In this document: positions 10,668 to 20,585 of the stretch, in pieces | Layout of the letters: each line of letters opens with the position of its first letter | Position numbering within the stretch: position 1 is the stretch's first letter | NCBI GenBank assembly: GCA_943788195.1 | Contig: CALSPH010000002.1 | Coordinates: 393,054 to 457,053, forward strand | DNA from: an uncultured Bacteroidia bacterium | Lineage (GTDB): Bacteria; Bacteroidota; Bacteroidia; NS11-12g; UBA955 | Length of the DNA: 64,000 nt | Direction: 5' to 3' | The notes under the pieces: generated by a model | What the model was told of the DNA's origin: nothing | Seen by the model: the letters and a program-made list of their open reading frames with translations, nothing else | The model's database searches: none | Program-made: the position numbers and the translations under genes

Positions 10668-11669
10668 ATGAAAAGAATTTTACGAAATGTCCTGTTCTCA
10701 TCTTGCCTGGTTTTAATGGCCAATATCGCAAATGCACAGGATCCACAATTTACTCAGTTCTATGCAGCTCCAATATATACGAATCCAGCAATGGCTGGAA
10801 GTGCTGTATGTGCAAACGGAATGGCTGGAAGATTTGCAATTAACTACAGGAACCAATGGCCTTCTTTGAAAGGAACTTACCAAACGGTTAACGCAAGTTG
10901 GGACCAACATTTTGATGCGGTAGGCGGAGGATTAGGAGCTATGATAACACGTGATGTTGCTGGTTCTGGACTTTTAACCACAACTGCATTCAGCGGGGTA
11001 TATAGCTACGTCATCCCGGTTACCCGAAAGTTCTTTTTTAGAACCGGTTTACAGGCCACATTTGTAAACAAGCGATTGGATTTTTCTAAGTTGCAGTTTG
11101 CGGATCAAATTAATCCAACACAAGGTTTTGTATACCAAACCAATGAACCACTTCCTCAACAGAGTGTAACCTTCCCAAATTTTGCGGCAGGTGTTATCGG
11201 TTATTCAGCAAACTTCTATGCTGGTTTTGCCATGCATAATGTAATTGAACCCAATCAATCATTTTACGGAAGCCAAGATGGTATACTTCCGAGAAGATAT
11301 ACAGCTCATACTGGAGTTAAAATTCCGCTAGAAAAAAGAAGAAACCCAGATGCATTTATTTCTCCAAACATCCTGTTTATGATGCAACAGAACTTTACGC
11401 AGATTAACTTTGGTTTCTATGTAAATAAAGGGCCTTTAGTTTCAGGATTGTGGTTTAGACAAACTGCAGGCGAATTTGGAAACTCTGATGCAATTATTGC
11501 ATTATTAGGATTTAGAAAAGATCGATTGAAATTTGGTTATAGCTATGATATTACGGTATCATCTGCCAGACCAGCGGCACAAGGGTCTCACGAAGTTTCT
11601 TTAACAGTTGATTGGTGCTTAAAAACTGGTAAAAGACCATTTAAGCCTATCCGTTGTCCAGAATTTTAA
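10668..11669 (+). CDS. PorP/SprF-family T9SS-associated outer-membrane beta-barrel
   Basis: Signal peptide ending ANAQ followed by DPQFTQFYAAPIYTNPAMAGS, the hallmark N-terminus of PorP/SprF (TIGR03519) proteins. 333 aa. Confidence 0.7.
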   Translation: MKRILRNVLFSSCLVLMANIANAQDPQFTQFYAAPIYTNPAMAGSAVCANGMAGRFAINYRNQWPSLKGTYQTVNASWDQHFDAVGGGLGAMITRDVAGSGLLTTTAFSGVYSYVIPVTRKFFFRTGLQATFVNKRLDFSKLQFADQINPTQGFVYQTNEPLPQQSVTFPNFAAGVIGYSANFYAGFAMHNVIEPNQSFYGSQDGILPRRYTAHTGVKIPLEKRRNPDAFISPNILFMMQQNFTQINFGFYVNKGPLVSGLWFRQTAGEFGNSDAIIALLGFRKDRLKFGYSYDITVSSARPAAQGSHEVSLTVDWCLKTGKRPFKPIRCPEF

Positions 11670-11698
11670 GAATTAGAATAAATTGAAAATGATACGAA

Positions 11699-11732
11699 AA
11701 AGAGGATTGTTAGGTGCATTCCTCTTTTTTTT
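11699..11732 (+). terminator. rho-independent terminator after the porP/sprF gene
   Basis: AGAGGATT...TTCCTCT stem followed by T8. Confidence 0.55.
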
Positions 11733-11981
11733 GTGCGCCAATCTTTTAAGGTATGGCTTCTGAACTGCTTATACATTTAATTCAGTTGAAGTACTGACTT
11801 AGTGTAATGCTGGTTTCGGTTTGTGGAAGCATGAATTGGGGTTTTCCTACACTCCTAACCAACCAAAGCCCAGTCGCAATTATCGCCTAATCATCTATTT
11901 ACCCTTTTAGAATCGGATTAAAAACCATTTTTTTGTCATTAAATACAATAAATTATCGATATTTGCCGTTTAAGGAAAGTA

Positions 11982-13523
11982 ATGAATCGTAGTAATATGA
12001 AAAAGTATCTTATTCCATGTTTAGCAATTGTTGCTTTGGCTGTTATGCCAGGGTGTAAAAAACAAAAGTCTTCGACCACTGGTCAAGGACTGAACAGCTC
12101 TAAGTGGGGAGGTTTTGAAAAGCATGAGTATCCAGGCCAAGAAACGGGTCCTGGTTTAGTGTTGGTTGAAGGTGGAACATTTGTGATGGGTTCACATGAG
12201 CAAAACGTTATTTTTAGTAATGACAACCTAAAGACGAGAGTGACAGTACAACCTTTTTATATGGATGAAACAGAAGTTTCAAACCATAACTATAGAGAAT
12301 ATTTATATTGGATTGGTCGAGTATTTGTTGATATGCCTGAGGTATTTAGAAACGCTCTTCCTGACACCAACGTATGGAGAAGCAAATTGGCCTACAATGA
12401 GCCTTTTGTTGAATACTACTTTAGACATCCAGCATATCAAGATTACCCTGTAGTAGGTGTAAACTGGTTGCAAGCAACAGATTACGCTGCATGGAGAACT
12501 GACCGCGTAAATGAGTATATCATGGATCGTGAGAAAATTATCAAGTATAATTCAAATGCAGAGATCAATGAGGAAAACTTTAACTCTAAAGCTTACTTGG
12601 CAGGTCAATATGATTTTGCAACGAAAGGCAGAAACCGTCATCAGAAAAGAGACTATACTAAAAAGAAGAAATTCTTAAAGAAAAAGTCTGTTCGTAATGT
12701 AACAATGGAAGATGGTATACTTTTACCAGAATACAGATTGCCTACTGAAGCTGAATGGGAATATGCAGCGATGGCCGGAATTGGTAATTCTCAATTAGAG
12801 AATATTGACCAAGGAAAAATTTACCCTTGGAATGACCTAACCGTAAGATGGACTCAAAACAACGGGGCAACTGAAAAAGTAAGAGGTTTGATTTTAGCCA
12901 ACTTTAAACGAGGAAAAGGTGATCAAGGTGGTATTGCTGGTAAACTGAATGATGCTGGTTTTATAACTACACCTGTATTCTCATACTGGCCTAATGATTA
13001 TGGACTGTATAACATGGCAGGTAATGTTTCTGAATGGACAATGGACGTTTACAGACCATTATCTTCTGCCGATGTAAACGATTTCAATTCTTTCCGTGGT
13101 AACGTTTACAAACAATTACAGTTTGACCAATTTGGTGAACTTGAACTTAAAGATTCTTTGGGACGACTTAAATATGAATTGGTTGATCCTGCTGAGAATG
13201 TAAATAGAAGAAATTACCGAGTTGCCGACAACATTGGATTTAAAGATGAGTTGAGTTACTATGAAGGAGAACAACAATATGAGTATGGAGTAACATCCTT
13301 AGTGGATAACCAAGCGCGTGTTTATAAAGGAGGTTCTTGGAATGATAGAGCTTACTGGTTAAGCCCTGGTACAAAACGTTACTTAGATGAGCAATTGGCA
13401 TTATCTACACTTGGGTTTAGATGCGCAATGATACGTTTTGGAGCTCCAATTGGAAACAGTAAAAAGAAGTTCAATACTTTGCCAAGCAGTGGCATAGGAC
13501 ACAAAAGAAAGAAAAGAAGATAA
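11982..13523 (+). CDS. gldJ: gliding motility lipoprotein GldJ (FGE-sulfatase/SUMF1-like domain)
   Basis: Lipoprotein signal with lipobox (AVMPGC) and FGE-sulfatase signature near the C-terminus (VYKGGSWND). It is not part of a gldKLMN operon, so GldJ rather than GldK. Neighbours porU/porV as in Flavobacterium. Confidence 0.65.
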   Translation: MNRSNMKKYLIPCLAIVALAVMPGCKKQKSSTTGQGLNSSKWGGFEKHEYPGQETGPGLVLVEGGTFVMGSHEQNVIFSNDNLKTRVTVQPFYMDETEVSNHNYREYLYWIGRVFVDMPEVFRNALPDTNVWRSKLAYNEPFVEYYFRHPAYQDYPVVGVNWLQATDYAAWRTDRVNEYIMDREKIIKYNSNAEINEENFNSKAYLAGQYDFATKGRNRHQKRDYTKKKKFLKKKSVRNVTMEDGILLPEYRLPTEAEWEYAAMAGIGNSQLENIDQGKIYPWNDLTVRWTQNNGATEKVRGLILANFKRGKGDQGGIAGKLNDAGFITTPVFSYWPNDYGLYNMAGNVSEWTMDVYRPLSSADVNDFNSFRGNVYKQLQFDQFGELELKDSLGRLKYELVDPAENVNRRNYRVADNIGFKDELSYYEGEQQYEYGVTSLVDNQARVYKGGSWNDRAYWLSPGTKRYLDEQLALSTLGFRCAMIRFGAPIGNSKKKFNTLPSSGIGHKRKKRR

Positions 13524-13548
13524 ACTTCACTTTAACCATTATAAAAAA

Positions 13549-13580
13549 ACCCATTCGTTCTTTGACGGATGGGTTTTTTG
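13549..13580 (+). terminator. rho-independent terminator after gldJ
   Basis: ACCCATTCG...CGGATGGGT stem plus T6. Confidence 0.5.
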
Positions 13581-13637
13581 TTGACTAATGTGGGTAAATC
13601 GGTATATTCAACTTAGATAAATCAGTACATTTGAATA

Positions 13638-14663
13638 GTGAATTTTCAAACTGGGATAAGTTTAAAACCATACAATACTTTTGGATTAGATACCCGCGCT
13701 AAACTACTTGTTGAGGTGACCGATCTAGAAATGCTAAAACGTGTTTTAAAATCTAAAGAAGCTAAGGAAAACCCTATCCTATTATTAGGAGGCGGTAGTA
13801 ATGTATTGCTTTGCAAAGATTTTGACGGATTGGTAATTATCAATCAAATTGAAGGATTAGAGGTGATCTCAAAAACGGATCAACATGTAGTCATTGAAAT
13901 CCTTTCAGGATCCGTTTGGCACGATACGGTTTTGCATTGTGTACAGCAGAATTGGGGCGGAATTGAGAACATGTCATTAATTCCAGGTTCGGTTGGAGCG
14001 GCACCCATGCAAAACATCGGAGCATACGGAGTGGAATTGAAAGATGTTTTCATTTCACTTAAAGCATTAAACCTTACCACACTTGAACTTGAAGAATTTG
14101 ATCACAGCGCTTGTAAGTTTGCTTATCGCGAATCAGTTTTTAAACGAAGTCTAAAAGGAGCGTACTTTATCCACAGCATTACCATTCAATTAACCGTTGG
14201 CGAGCATAAAACCAACACCAGTTATGGGGATATAGAAAATACATTGAAGGAAATGAATATCAATCCTCAAGATGCCAGTATCAAAGACATTTCTTTAGCG
14301 GTAATCCAAATTAGACAAAGCAAATTACCCGACCCCAAGGTTTTAGGTAATTCCGGTTCCTTCTTTAAAAACCCAATAATAGAAGAAGATCGTTTTAAGG
14401 CTCTTAAGGCGCGTTTTCCAGATATTAAAGGATATCCAGTACCAACAGGCGTAAAAGTGCCTGCTGGATGGCTCATTGAAAGCCTGGGATGGAAAGGCAA
14501 ACGGGTTGGGAATACAGGCAGCCATGCCAAACAAGCGCTTGTGCTGGTAAACTATGGAGAAGCAAAAGGGTCAGAAATCAAGTCTTTGGCAATGGAAATT
14601 ATTTCCAGTGTTGCAGCAACCTACCAAATTGACCTGACACCCGAAGTAAATATTATTGAATAG
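13638..14663 (+). CDS. murB: UDP-N-acetylenolpyruvoylglucosamine reductase
   Basis: FAD-binding N-terminal domain (LKPYNTFGLD...LLLGGGSNVL) and MurB C-terminal domain. Confidence 0.85.
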   Translation: MNFQTGISLKPYNTFGLDTRAKLLVEVTDLEMLKRVLKSKEAKENPILLLGGGSNVLLCKDFDGLVIINQIEGLEVISKTDQHVVIEILSGSVWHDTVLHCVQQNWGGIENMSLIPGSVGAAPMQNIGAYGVELKDVFISLKALNLTTLELEEFDHSACKFAYRESVFKRSLKGAYFIHSITIQLTVGEHKTNTSYGDIENTLKEMNINPQDASIKDISLAVIQIRQSKLPDPKVLGNSGSFFKNPIIEEDRFKALKARFPDIKGYPVPTGVKVPAGWLIESLGWKGKRVGNTGSHAKQALVLVNYGEAKGSEIKSLAMEIISSVAATYQIDLTPEVNIIE

Positions 14664-14665
14664 CC

Positions 14666-15421
14666 TTATTTATGGGCAATAATGAACCGGTCATTTCCAC
14701 TCATGTCTTGCAGCATTTCTGCTTGGTAATCGACAAATAGCGCCAAGGTTTCTTTGCCCAATTCTTGGTTTATTTCAACTGCAACTGTACCCCCGGCACG
14801 TAAATGTTCGCTGGCAAAAGAAAGCACCGCCCTATAAAATTTCAAGGCATCATCTGGTGAAAATAATGCCATGTGAGGTTCATATTGCTGCACTGTTTCG
14901 TCCAACTGTTCCGAAGCTTCAATATAAGGCGGGTTACTCACTATCAAATCATAGTCCGAATATGTTTGTGTTGGATTCAACATATCATCGTGTTTGAATT
15001 CTATGTCTAAATCAAGCTTCTGTGCATTCTTTTTTGCAACGTCTAAAGCTTCCGAACTTAAATCTACTCCTAAAATTTTTACTTGAGGCAAGCCTTTCTT
15101 TAAGGCAAGCGCTATGCACCCACTACCTGTGCCAAGGTCAATTACAGAGTTACTCGGCACATGTTTAATAAGATAATCTACAAGCTCTTCAGTTTCAGGT
15201 CGAGGAATCAATACATGTTCGTTTACACTAAGTTCCATGCCATAGAACCAAGATTGATTGATTACATACTGATAGGGCTCACCCTGATTTATTCTATGTA
15301 ATATTTTGCTTTTTGCTGAATCGTCCAATTCATTTTTAACATTAAATTCATTCAAAATTGTGCATAAATGTTCCTTCTCCGAAGAGGTATACCTATACGT
15401 AATTTGATCTGGACTGAACAT
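14666..15421 (-). CDS. prmC: release factor glutamine N5-methyltransferase (HemK/PrmC)
   Basis: SAM-binding motif DLGTGSGCIALAL and catalytic NPPY motif (VSNPPYI). Confidence 0.8.
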   Translation of the reverse strand: MFSPDQITYRYTSSEKEHLCTILNEFNVKNELDDSAKSKILHRINQGEPYQYVINQSWFYGMELSVNEHVLIPRPETEELVDYLIKHVPSNSVIDLGTGSGCIALALKKGLPQVKILGVDLSSEALDVAKKNAQKLDLDIEFKHDDMLNPTQTYSDYDLIVSNPPYIEASEQLDETVQQYEPHMALFSPDDALKFYRAVLSFASEHLRAGGTVAVEINQELGKETLALFVDYQAEMLQDMSGNDRFIIAHK

Positions 15422-15480
15422 TGAATTGCAAACATACTTAAGTAAATCAAATTGAATAAATATATCTTAATATTGCATAC

Positions 15481-16503
15481 TTGACGGATGCAATTTACAT
15501 GAAAAGATGCCTGGAATTGGCTAAACTTGGTTTGGGTAGAACCAAAACGAATCCACTGGTAGGCTGCGTTATTGTACATCAAAACAACATAATAGCAGAA
15601 GGGTATCACAGTGCCTTTGGAAAGCCGCATGCAGAAGTTGAAGCATTTAACAAGGTCAAGGACAAAAGCATTCTAAAAGAATGTGCGGTATATGTTAACT
15701 TAGAACCTTGTTCGTTTGTAGGAAAAACGCCCGCTTGCGCTGCACTTTTTGAAGCTAATCCATGCAAAAGACTGATTGTAGGCATGCTAGACCCAAATCC
15801 AAGAGTTGCGGGAAAAGGAATTGAGCGCTTACGAAAAGCAGGAATTGAAACAACCCTTTCTGTCCTTGAAGAACAATGTCAGCATTTAAACAAGGCCTTT
15901 ATTAAAAGTATACATGCGCAACAGCCTTATGTGATTGCTAAGTGGGCACAGAGCGATGATGGTTTTATTGGTAGCACCAATGAACGGGTCATGATCAGTA
16001 ACGATTTGGTAAATACCGTTTCACAGAAATGGCGTGCCGAGATTGATGCATATCTAATTGGGAATAATACCCTTCGCATTGATCAACCCCGTTTGGACCT
16101 TAGGGAGTTTCAAGGCAATCAACCCTTGCGTTGTATCCTTGGGAATTCAATTGATTTAAACAATCCATTTTTCGAAAACGAGACTCCTGGCATTTTATTT
16201 ACCCATCAGCACCCCAATCAATTACCTTCTCATTTTAAGGCTAAAGACATCTCCAACCCTTTAGGAATTTTAAAATACCTGTATCAAGAAAACGTAGGCA
16301 CCTTGATGATTGAAGGAGGAAGACAAACCATACAAAGCTTTCTGCATCTAGATTTAGTTGATGAATTGAGGATAATTACAAATCACGCTTTAAAACTTCA
16401 GCAAGGGATTTCCGCTCCAGAATTACCAGATGATCTATTTTTTCTTGAAGCTCAAGAGTTTTACCGTGATAATAGCATAAATTATTTCCAAAGGATACCA
16501 TGA
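15481..16503 (+). CDS. ribD: bifunctional riboflavin biosynthesis deaminase/reductase RibD
   Basis: CMP/dCMP-type deaminase zinc motifs (HAE...PCSFVGKTPAC) followed by a RibD C-terminal reductase domain. Confidence 0.85.
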   Translation: MTDAIYMKRCLELAKLGLGRTKTNPLVGCVIVHQNNIIAEGYHSAFGKPHAEVEAFNKVKDKSILKECAVYVNLEPCSFVGKTPACAALFEANPCKRLIVGMLDPNPRVAGKGIERLRKAGIETTLSVLEEQCQHLNKAFIKSIHAQQPYVIAKWAQSDDGFIGSTNERVMISNDLVNTVSQKWRAEIDAYLIGNNTLRIDQPRLDLREFQGNQPLRCILGNSIDLNNPFFENETPGILFTHQHPNQLPSHFKAKDISNPLGILKYLYQENVGTLMIEGGRQTIQSFLHLDLVDELRIITNHALKLQQGISAPELPDDLFFLEAQEFYRDNSINYFQRIP

Positions 16504-17360
16504 CCTTTCTAAGTCTATCGATATTATGTTCTTCATTCATAAATTGGATATTTAGAAGATTTAAGCGAGCTGAAGTCAATACGTTTCATGCTATTGTAAT
16601 CAATTATTTAACCTGTTCAGTGGTTGGTCAAGCACTCGGGAGAACATTTATTTTTTCATCTGAACAGCAACAAACATCCTATTTTTGGTTCGCGTTAATA
16701 CTTGGATTCCTCTTTGTAGGAGTATTTTTTTGTATGGCCAAAACAACAGAAATTTTCGGAGTGGCATCCAACGCGGTTTCATCAAAAATGGCCTTTATTT
16801 TTCCTGCCCTATTTTACTTTTTCTGGCTAAATGAAGAGATCAGTTGGCTTAAGTGGATCGGTCTAGGCTTGGCTTTGCTTGCGGTTCTCGCAATCAACAA
16901 GCGAAGTAAAAAATCAGAAAACATAGATGGCCCTATCTTCTTTCCCATTTTAGTTTTCATCGGCTCAGGTATTATTGATGGCTGCATGAAATGGATAGAC
17001 CTCACATACTTAAATGGGTCTTCACCACTCATGGCTACCACAACCATATTTACCGGTGCATTTTTAGTTGGGTTGGTTATACTTATCATTAAACGGGATT
17101 TCCATATTAAAAAGAAAGACTGGATTGCAGGTTTCTTATTAGGTGTTCCCAATTATTTCTCCATTTATTTTTTAATCTTGGCTTTGCAGCAACTCACTGG
17201 ACAAAGTACGGGAGCCATTTTTGCCGTAAACAATGTTGGTGTAATTCTAGTTTCCACCCTAGGAAGTATTCTTTTCTTTAAAGATAAACTCAATAAAATG
17301 CAAACCATTGGCCTTACATTAAGCATCGTATCCATACTAATTATTACCCTTGCTATTTGA
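16500..17360 (+). CDS. hypothetical integral membrane protein (about 8 TM, DMT-like), translationally coupled to ribD by an ATGA overlap
   Basis: ORF with multiple hydrophobic helices. No recognisable catalytic motif. Confidence 0.4.
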   Translation: MTFLSLSILCSSFINWIFRRFKRAEVNTFHAIVINYLTCSVVGQALGRTFIFSSEQQQTSYFWFALILGFLFVGVFFCMAKTTEIFGVASNAVSSKMAFIFPALFYFFWLNEEISWLKWIGLGLALLAVLAINKRSKKSENIDGPIFFPILVFIGSGIIDGCMKWIDLTYLNGSSPLMATTTIFTGAFLVGLVILIIKRDFHIKKKDWIAGFLLGVPNYFSIYFLILALQQLTGQSTGAIFAVNNVGVILVSTLGSILFFKDKLNKMQTIGLTLSIVSILIITLAI

Positions 17361-17967
17361 CCATTCCTATAGAACCATTCAAGCAAATGCACGGTCTGAG
17401 TTTAAAGACCGTGGCAGTAAATTTTATGGATATGCCCTTAAAACCAATAGCAAAAAAGAATTTGATGCCTGGTTAAAGAAAATCAAAAATAAATATGCTG
17501 ATGCTACTCATCATTGCTATGCATATGTACTTCACCCTGATAAAAGCGAAATGTATTCGTCTGATGATGGTGAACCTGCCAATTCTGCGGGTAAACCGAT
17601 CCTGAGGGCCATTCAAGGAATTGATGCAACGCAGGTATCTGTTATTGTTGTACGCTATTATGGTGGTGTTAATTTAGGAATTCCAGGTCTGATTAATGCC
17701 TATGGAATGGCCGCAAAGCTTGCACTAGAAAAGGCTATAGTTATTACGAAAGACATTGAAGAAATCTATTCCGCTAAATGTCCATTTGGTGAAGAACAAC
17801 AGTGGTATGGATTGCTCAATAATAGTTTAATTGAAATTGTACATCAGGAAACAGACTCAGATAGCTATATCGCTACATTTTCTTGTCCCAAAGGTCGTTC
17901 TGAAGAATTGCAAGAATTGCTGGGCAATTTATTCCATATCCAAGTAAAATTTCTACACTTTACGTAG
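17350..17967 (+). CDS. IMPACT/YigZ-family protein
   Basis: UPF0029 signature region DRGSKFYGYA...HHCYAYVL...SSDDGEPANSAGKPIL. Confidence 0.75.
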   Translation: MLFDHSYRTIQANARSEFKDRGSKFYGYALKTNSKKEFDAWLKKIKNKYADATHHCYAYVLHPDKSEMYSSDDGEPANSAGKPILRAIQGIDATQVSVIVVRYYGGVNLGIPGLINAYGMAAKLALEKAIVITKDIEEIYSAKCPFGEEQQWYGLLNNSLIEIVHQETDSDSYIATFSCPKGRSEELQELLGNLFHIQVKFLHFT

Positions 17968-19048
17968 TTTTTCTTTTCCAATCTGATCTGAAAAAAGGAA
18001 GTAAAAAAGGGTAGATTAATTGAAAGAGTTGATATTGTAAAATCATTACAAACGAAACGCAATTTCTAAATCCTTGTTTTAAACTAACGATATTATAATA
18101 GTCGACCAATGCTTTGGCAACAAGCAATCCAAATGCAAGGCCCCATTCTCCCGAAACAAGTAACAGAATAAAGCATACTAAGATGAACAGGTTGACCCCT
18201 GCAACAAGGAAAGGAATGATATTCGCAAAAGCTAAATCATACTTACCCGTTTTATTTGCCCATCTTTTTCGTTGCCGCATGAACTTTCCAAATTGTTTAT
18301 GTGGAGCCGTATATACCACCGCCTCTTCATCCAGACAATACCCGATCTTGGTGGGATCCTTTTTCCACAATGCATGCATTAAGAAAATATCATCCCCTCC
18401 TAAAATGGCTTTTTTGCCTTCATACCCGCCCACTTCTTTCCATCCATCCTTGTTAAAAACCAGATTGGCCCCATTGCACATTACTGGCATTTTTAGTCGG
18501 AACAATCCCATACCGCTTGCCATCAGTGCACGACTTTCCATCCATTGATACATACCCAACCAATGATCGTTTGAAATGTATTCTACCAAGCCAAACGTAA
18601 AAATATTGTCATTAGACACATGTGTACCAATCAGCTTATTCAGCCAGTTGGGGTGCATGAGACAATCAGCATCTGTAGATACGATAATATTGTTGCGAGC
18701 ATGATTTATCCCCTCTGTTAAAGCAATCTTTTTTCCAGGTTTATTGGTATTAGGTATACATTTAACATGGGGTAGTTTTTTTGTTAGAGTACGCAAAAGT
18801 GTGGCACTAGAGTCTGTGCTGAAATCGTCTACAAAAATAATTTCATCCGGTTGAATAGCTGATTCTTGAAGCGAATCTATTAACCTAGGCAAAGCATCCT
18901 CCTCATTATAATAAGGCACAATGATAGAAAAATTATCTTTCCCGTCCCATTCAATTGGTGCTATCTCCTTTGCAAAACGATTTGCCCAAATAATGGGTAG
19001 GTAAAATAACGCATATGCTAAAAATGATATATATGCTAGGATTTCCAT
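17960..19048 (-). CDS. family 2 glycosyltransferase, membrane-anchored
   Basis: GT-A motifs SIIVPYYNEE and VDDFSTD, with N- and C-terminal TM helices. Confidence 0.75.
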   Translation of the reverse strand: MEILAYISFLAYALFYLPIIWANRFAKEIAPIEWDGKDNFSIIVPYYNEEDALPRLIDSLQESAIQPDEIIFVDDFSTDSSATLLRTLTKKLPHVKCIPNTNKPGKKIALTEGINHARNNIIVSTDADCLMHPNWLNKLIGTHVSNDNIFTFGLVEYISNDHWLGMYQWMESRALMASGMGLFRLKMPVMCNGANLVFNKDGWKEVGGYEGKKAILGGDDIFLMHALWKKDPTKIGYCLDEEAVVYTAPHKQFGKFMRQRKRWANKTGKYDLAFANIIPFLVAGVNLFILVCFILLLVSGEWGLAFGLLVAKALVDYYNIVSLKQGFRNCVSFVMILQYQLFQLIYPFLLPFFRSDWKRKTT

Positions 19049-19908
19049 TTTTTAAGAAAAAATACACCCATCAAAGCAGGCAATAAAATATTTATAAAAT
19101 ATATGATTGAAATTGGCACAATAACGAGCGCACTGTCAAAGAAGTAACTTGCCAAAACCAGTCGCAACCCAATTTCAGATAAAAAGAATGTAGGTACTAT
19201 GGTTTGCACTAATAGGAATACTGGGATAATAATTATTGCTTCTTGCAGACCGGCAATCTGACATGCCCAAAGTAATAACGCATACTGCATAACAAAGACG
19301 CCATAACGCAATACCGATAAGCCAAAAGGCTTGGTAAACTGCCTGGAATCATCCCTTGCATTTGATTGTAAGTTAATTCGCTTCAACAAGGATCTAACCC
19401 AGATAGGCAATAATCGAATGGCCATTACAATTAGAATAATACCCACTACACCAATTGCAAAAGCAGTATAAATATTAAGTGATAAGAGCTTCTCTATAAC
19501 GGGAATAGCAAAAACTGAACAAACCATTCCAACCAGTAGCGTTACCAATAACTGAAGCAAACCTGACCTCATGCTACTGATAATCACCCTACTCCAATTC
19601 TTCTTTTCAAAATAAAGGATACGACCTAAATACTCTCCGGAACGAAATGGCATAAATAAACTGATGGCAGAACCCGATAAAAACGCTTTGGTATGATGCC
19701 AAATCCCATAAGCTGGGAGGTGCAATAAACCCTTCCATTTTATAATTTCGAGAGCATAATTCACAACCGTAAGTAACAGGGCCAGGCTAATGCCAATAAC
19801 AAATCTGCCCTTGGTTATCAAAGATTGAATTGCCAATTGTTCTGGTTTGATTTCTTGATATTTCTGTTGCAACAAAAAACCAATCCCCAGAAGAAGTAAG
19901 ATTTGCAA
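19036..19908 (-). CDS. hypothetical polytopic membrane protein (flippase-like/LPG-synthase-TM-like), overlapping the GT2 gene
   Basis: 290 aa with about 8 TM helices. Co-oriented with the GT2 gene and overlaps it by 13 nt. Confidence 0.4.
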   Translation of the reverse strand: MQILLLLGIGFLLQQKYQEIKPEQLAIQSLITKGRFVIGISLALLLTVVNYALEIIKWKGLLHLPAYGIWHHTKAFLSGSAISLFMPFRSGEYLGRILYFEKKNWSRVIISSMRSGLLQLLVTLLVGMVCSVFAIPVIEKLLSLNIYTAFAIGVVGIILIVMAIRLLPIWVRSLLKRINLQSNARDDSRQFTKPFGLSVLRYGVFVMQYALLLWACQIAGLQEAIIIIPVFLLVQTIVPTFFLSEIGLRLVLASYFFDSALVIVPISIIYFINILLPALMGVFFLKKWKS

Positions 19909-20553
19909 GCTAACAAAAGCAAGGGTTTGGTATCTTTTACTTATGTGTTTAATTACCTTTGTTCTTTAGTGGGATACGACAAATCAAAATATGATAAGAT
20001 TATTCTAGGTATCGATCCGGGCACAAATATAATGGGATATGGCTTAATAGGCATTATTGGAAGTAAAACAGAATTAATAAGCATAGGAATCATTAAACTC
20101 AGTCAATTTGATAACCATGCCCTTAAATTGAAACATATATTTGATCGAGTTACCAGTATCATCGTTCAATATGTACCCGATGAAGTAGCACTAGAGGCAC
20201 CATTTTTTGGTAAAAATGTCCAAAGTATGTTGAAACTAGGAAGAGCACAAGGGGTTGCAATTGCCGCTTCATTAGCCAAGGATCTGCCTGTATTTGAGTA
20301 TAGCCCACGCAAAATAAAGCAAAGCGTTACGGGTAAAGGCACAGCAACCAAAGAACAAGTTGCTGGAATGCTTAAACAGATCTTTAAATTTGATGCCATG
20401 CCCCAAAATTTAGATGCTACGGATGCCTTAGGAGCTGCATTATGCCATTTCAATCAGTTTAGCCCGAAAGGTTTTGGTGTTAATAAAGGGAAAAACAACT
20501 GGGCTAGTTTTATAAAAGAGAATCCAAAAAAACTGGGTGGCAAAAAAAAATAA
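19903..20553 (+). CDS. ruvC: crossover junction endodeoxyribonuclease RuvC
   Basis: ILGIDPGTNIMGYGLI catalytic N-terminus and conserved acidic residues. The true start may lie a few codons downstream of 19903. Confidence 0.8.
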   Translation: MQANKSKGLVSFTYVFNYLCSLVGYDKSKYDKIILGIDPGTNIMGYGLIGIIGSKTELISIGIIKLSQFDNHALKLKHIFDRVTSIIVQYVPDEVALEAPFFGKNVQSMLKLGRAQGVAIAASLAKDLPVFEYSPRKIKQSVTGKGTATKEQVAGMLKQIFKFDAMPQNLDATDALGAALCHFNQFSPKGFGVNKGKNNWASFIKENPKKLGGKKK

Positions 20554-20585
20554 AATAAATCAACTATAGGCAGCGTTGTTAATAT

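Noticed and set aside
11733-11981. Riboswitch or sRNA in the 250-nt region upstream of gldJ
   Set aside because: No recognisable riboswitch core (no SAM, TPP, cobalamin or glycine motifs) and no convincing conserved structure by eye. Noted only as a long leader.
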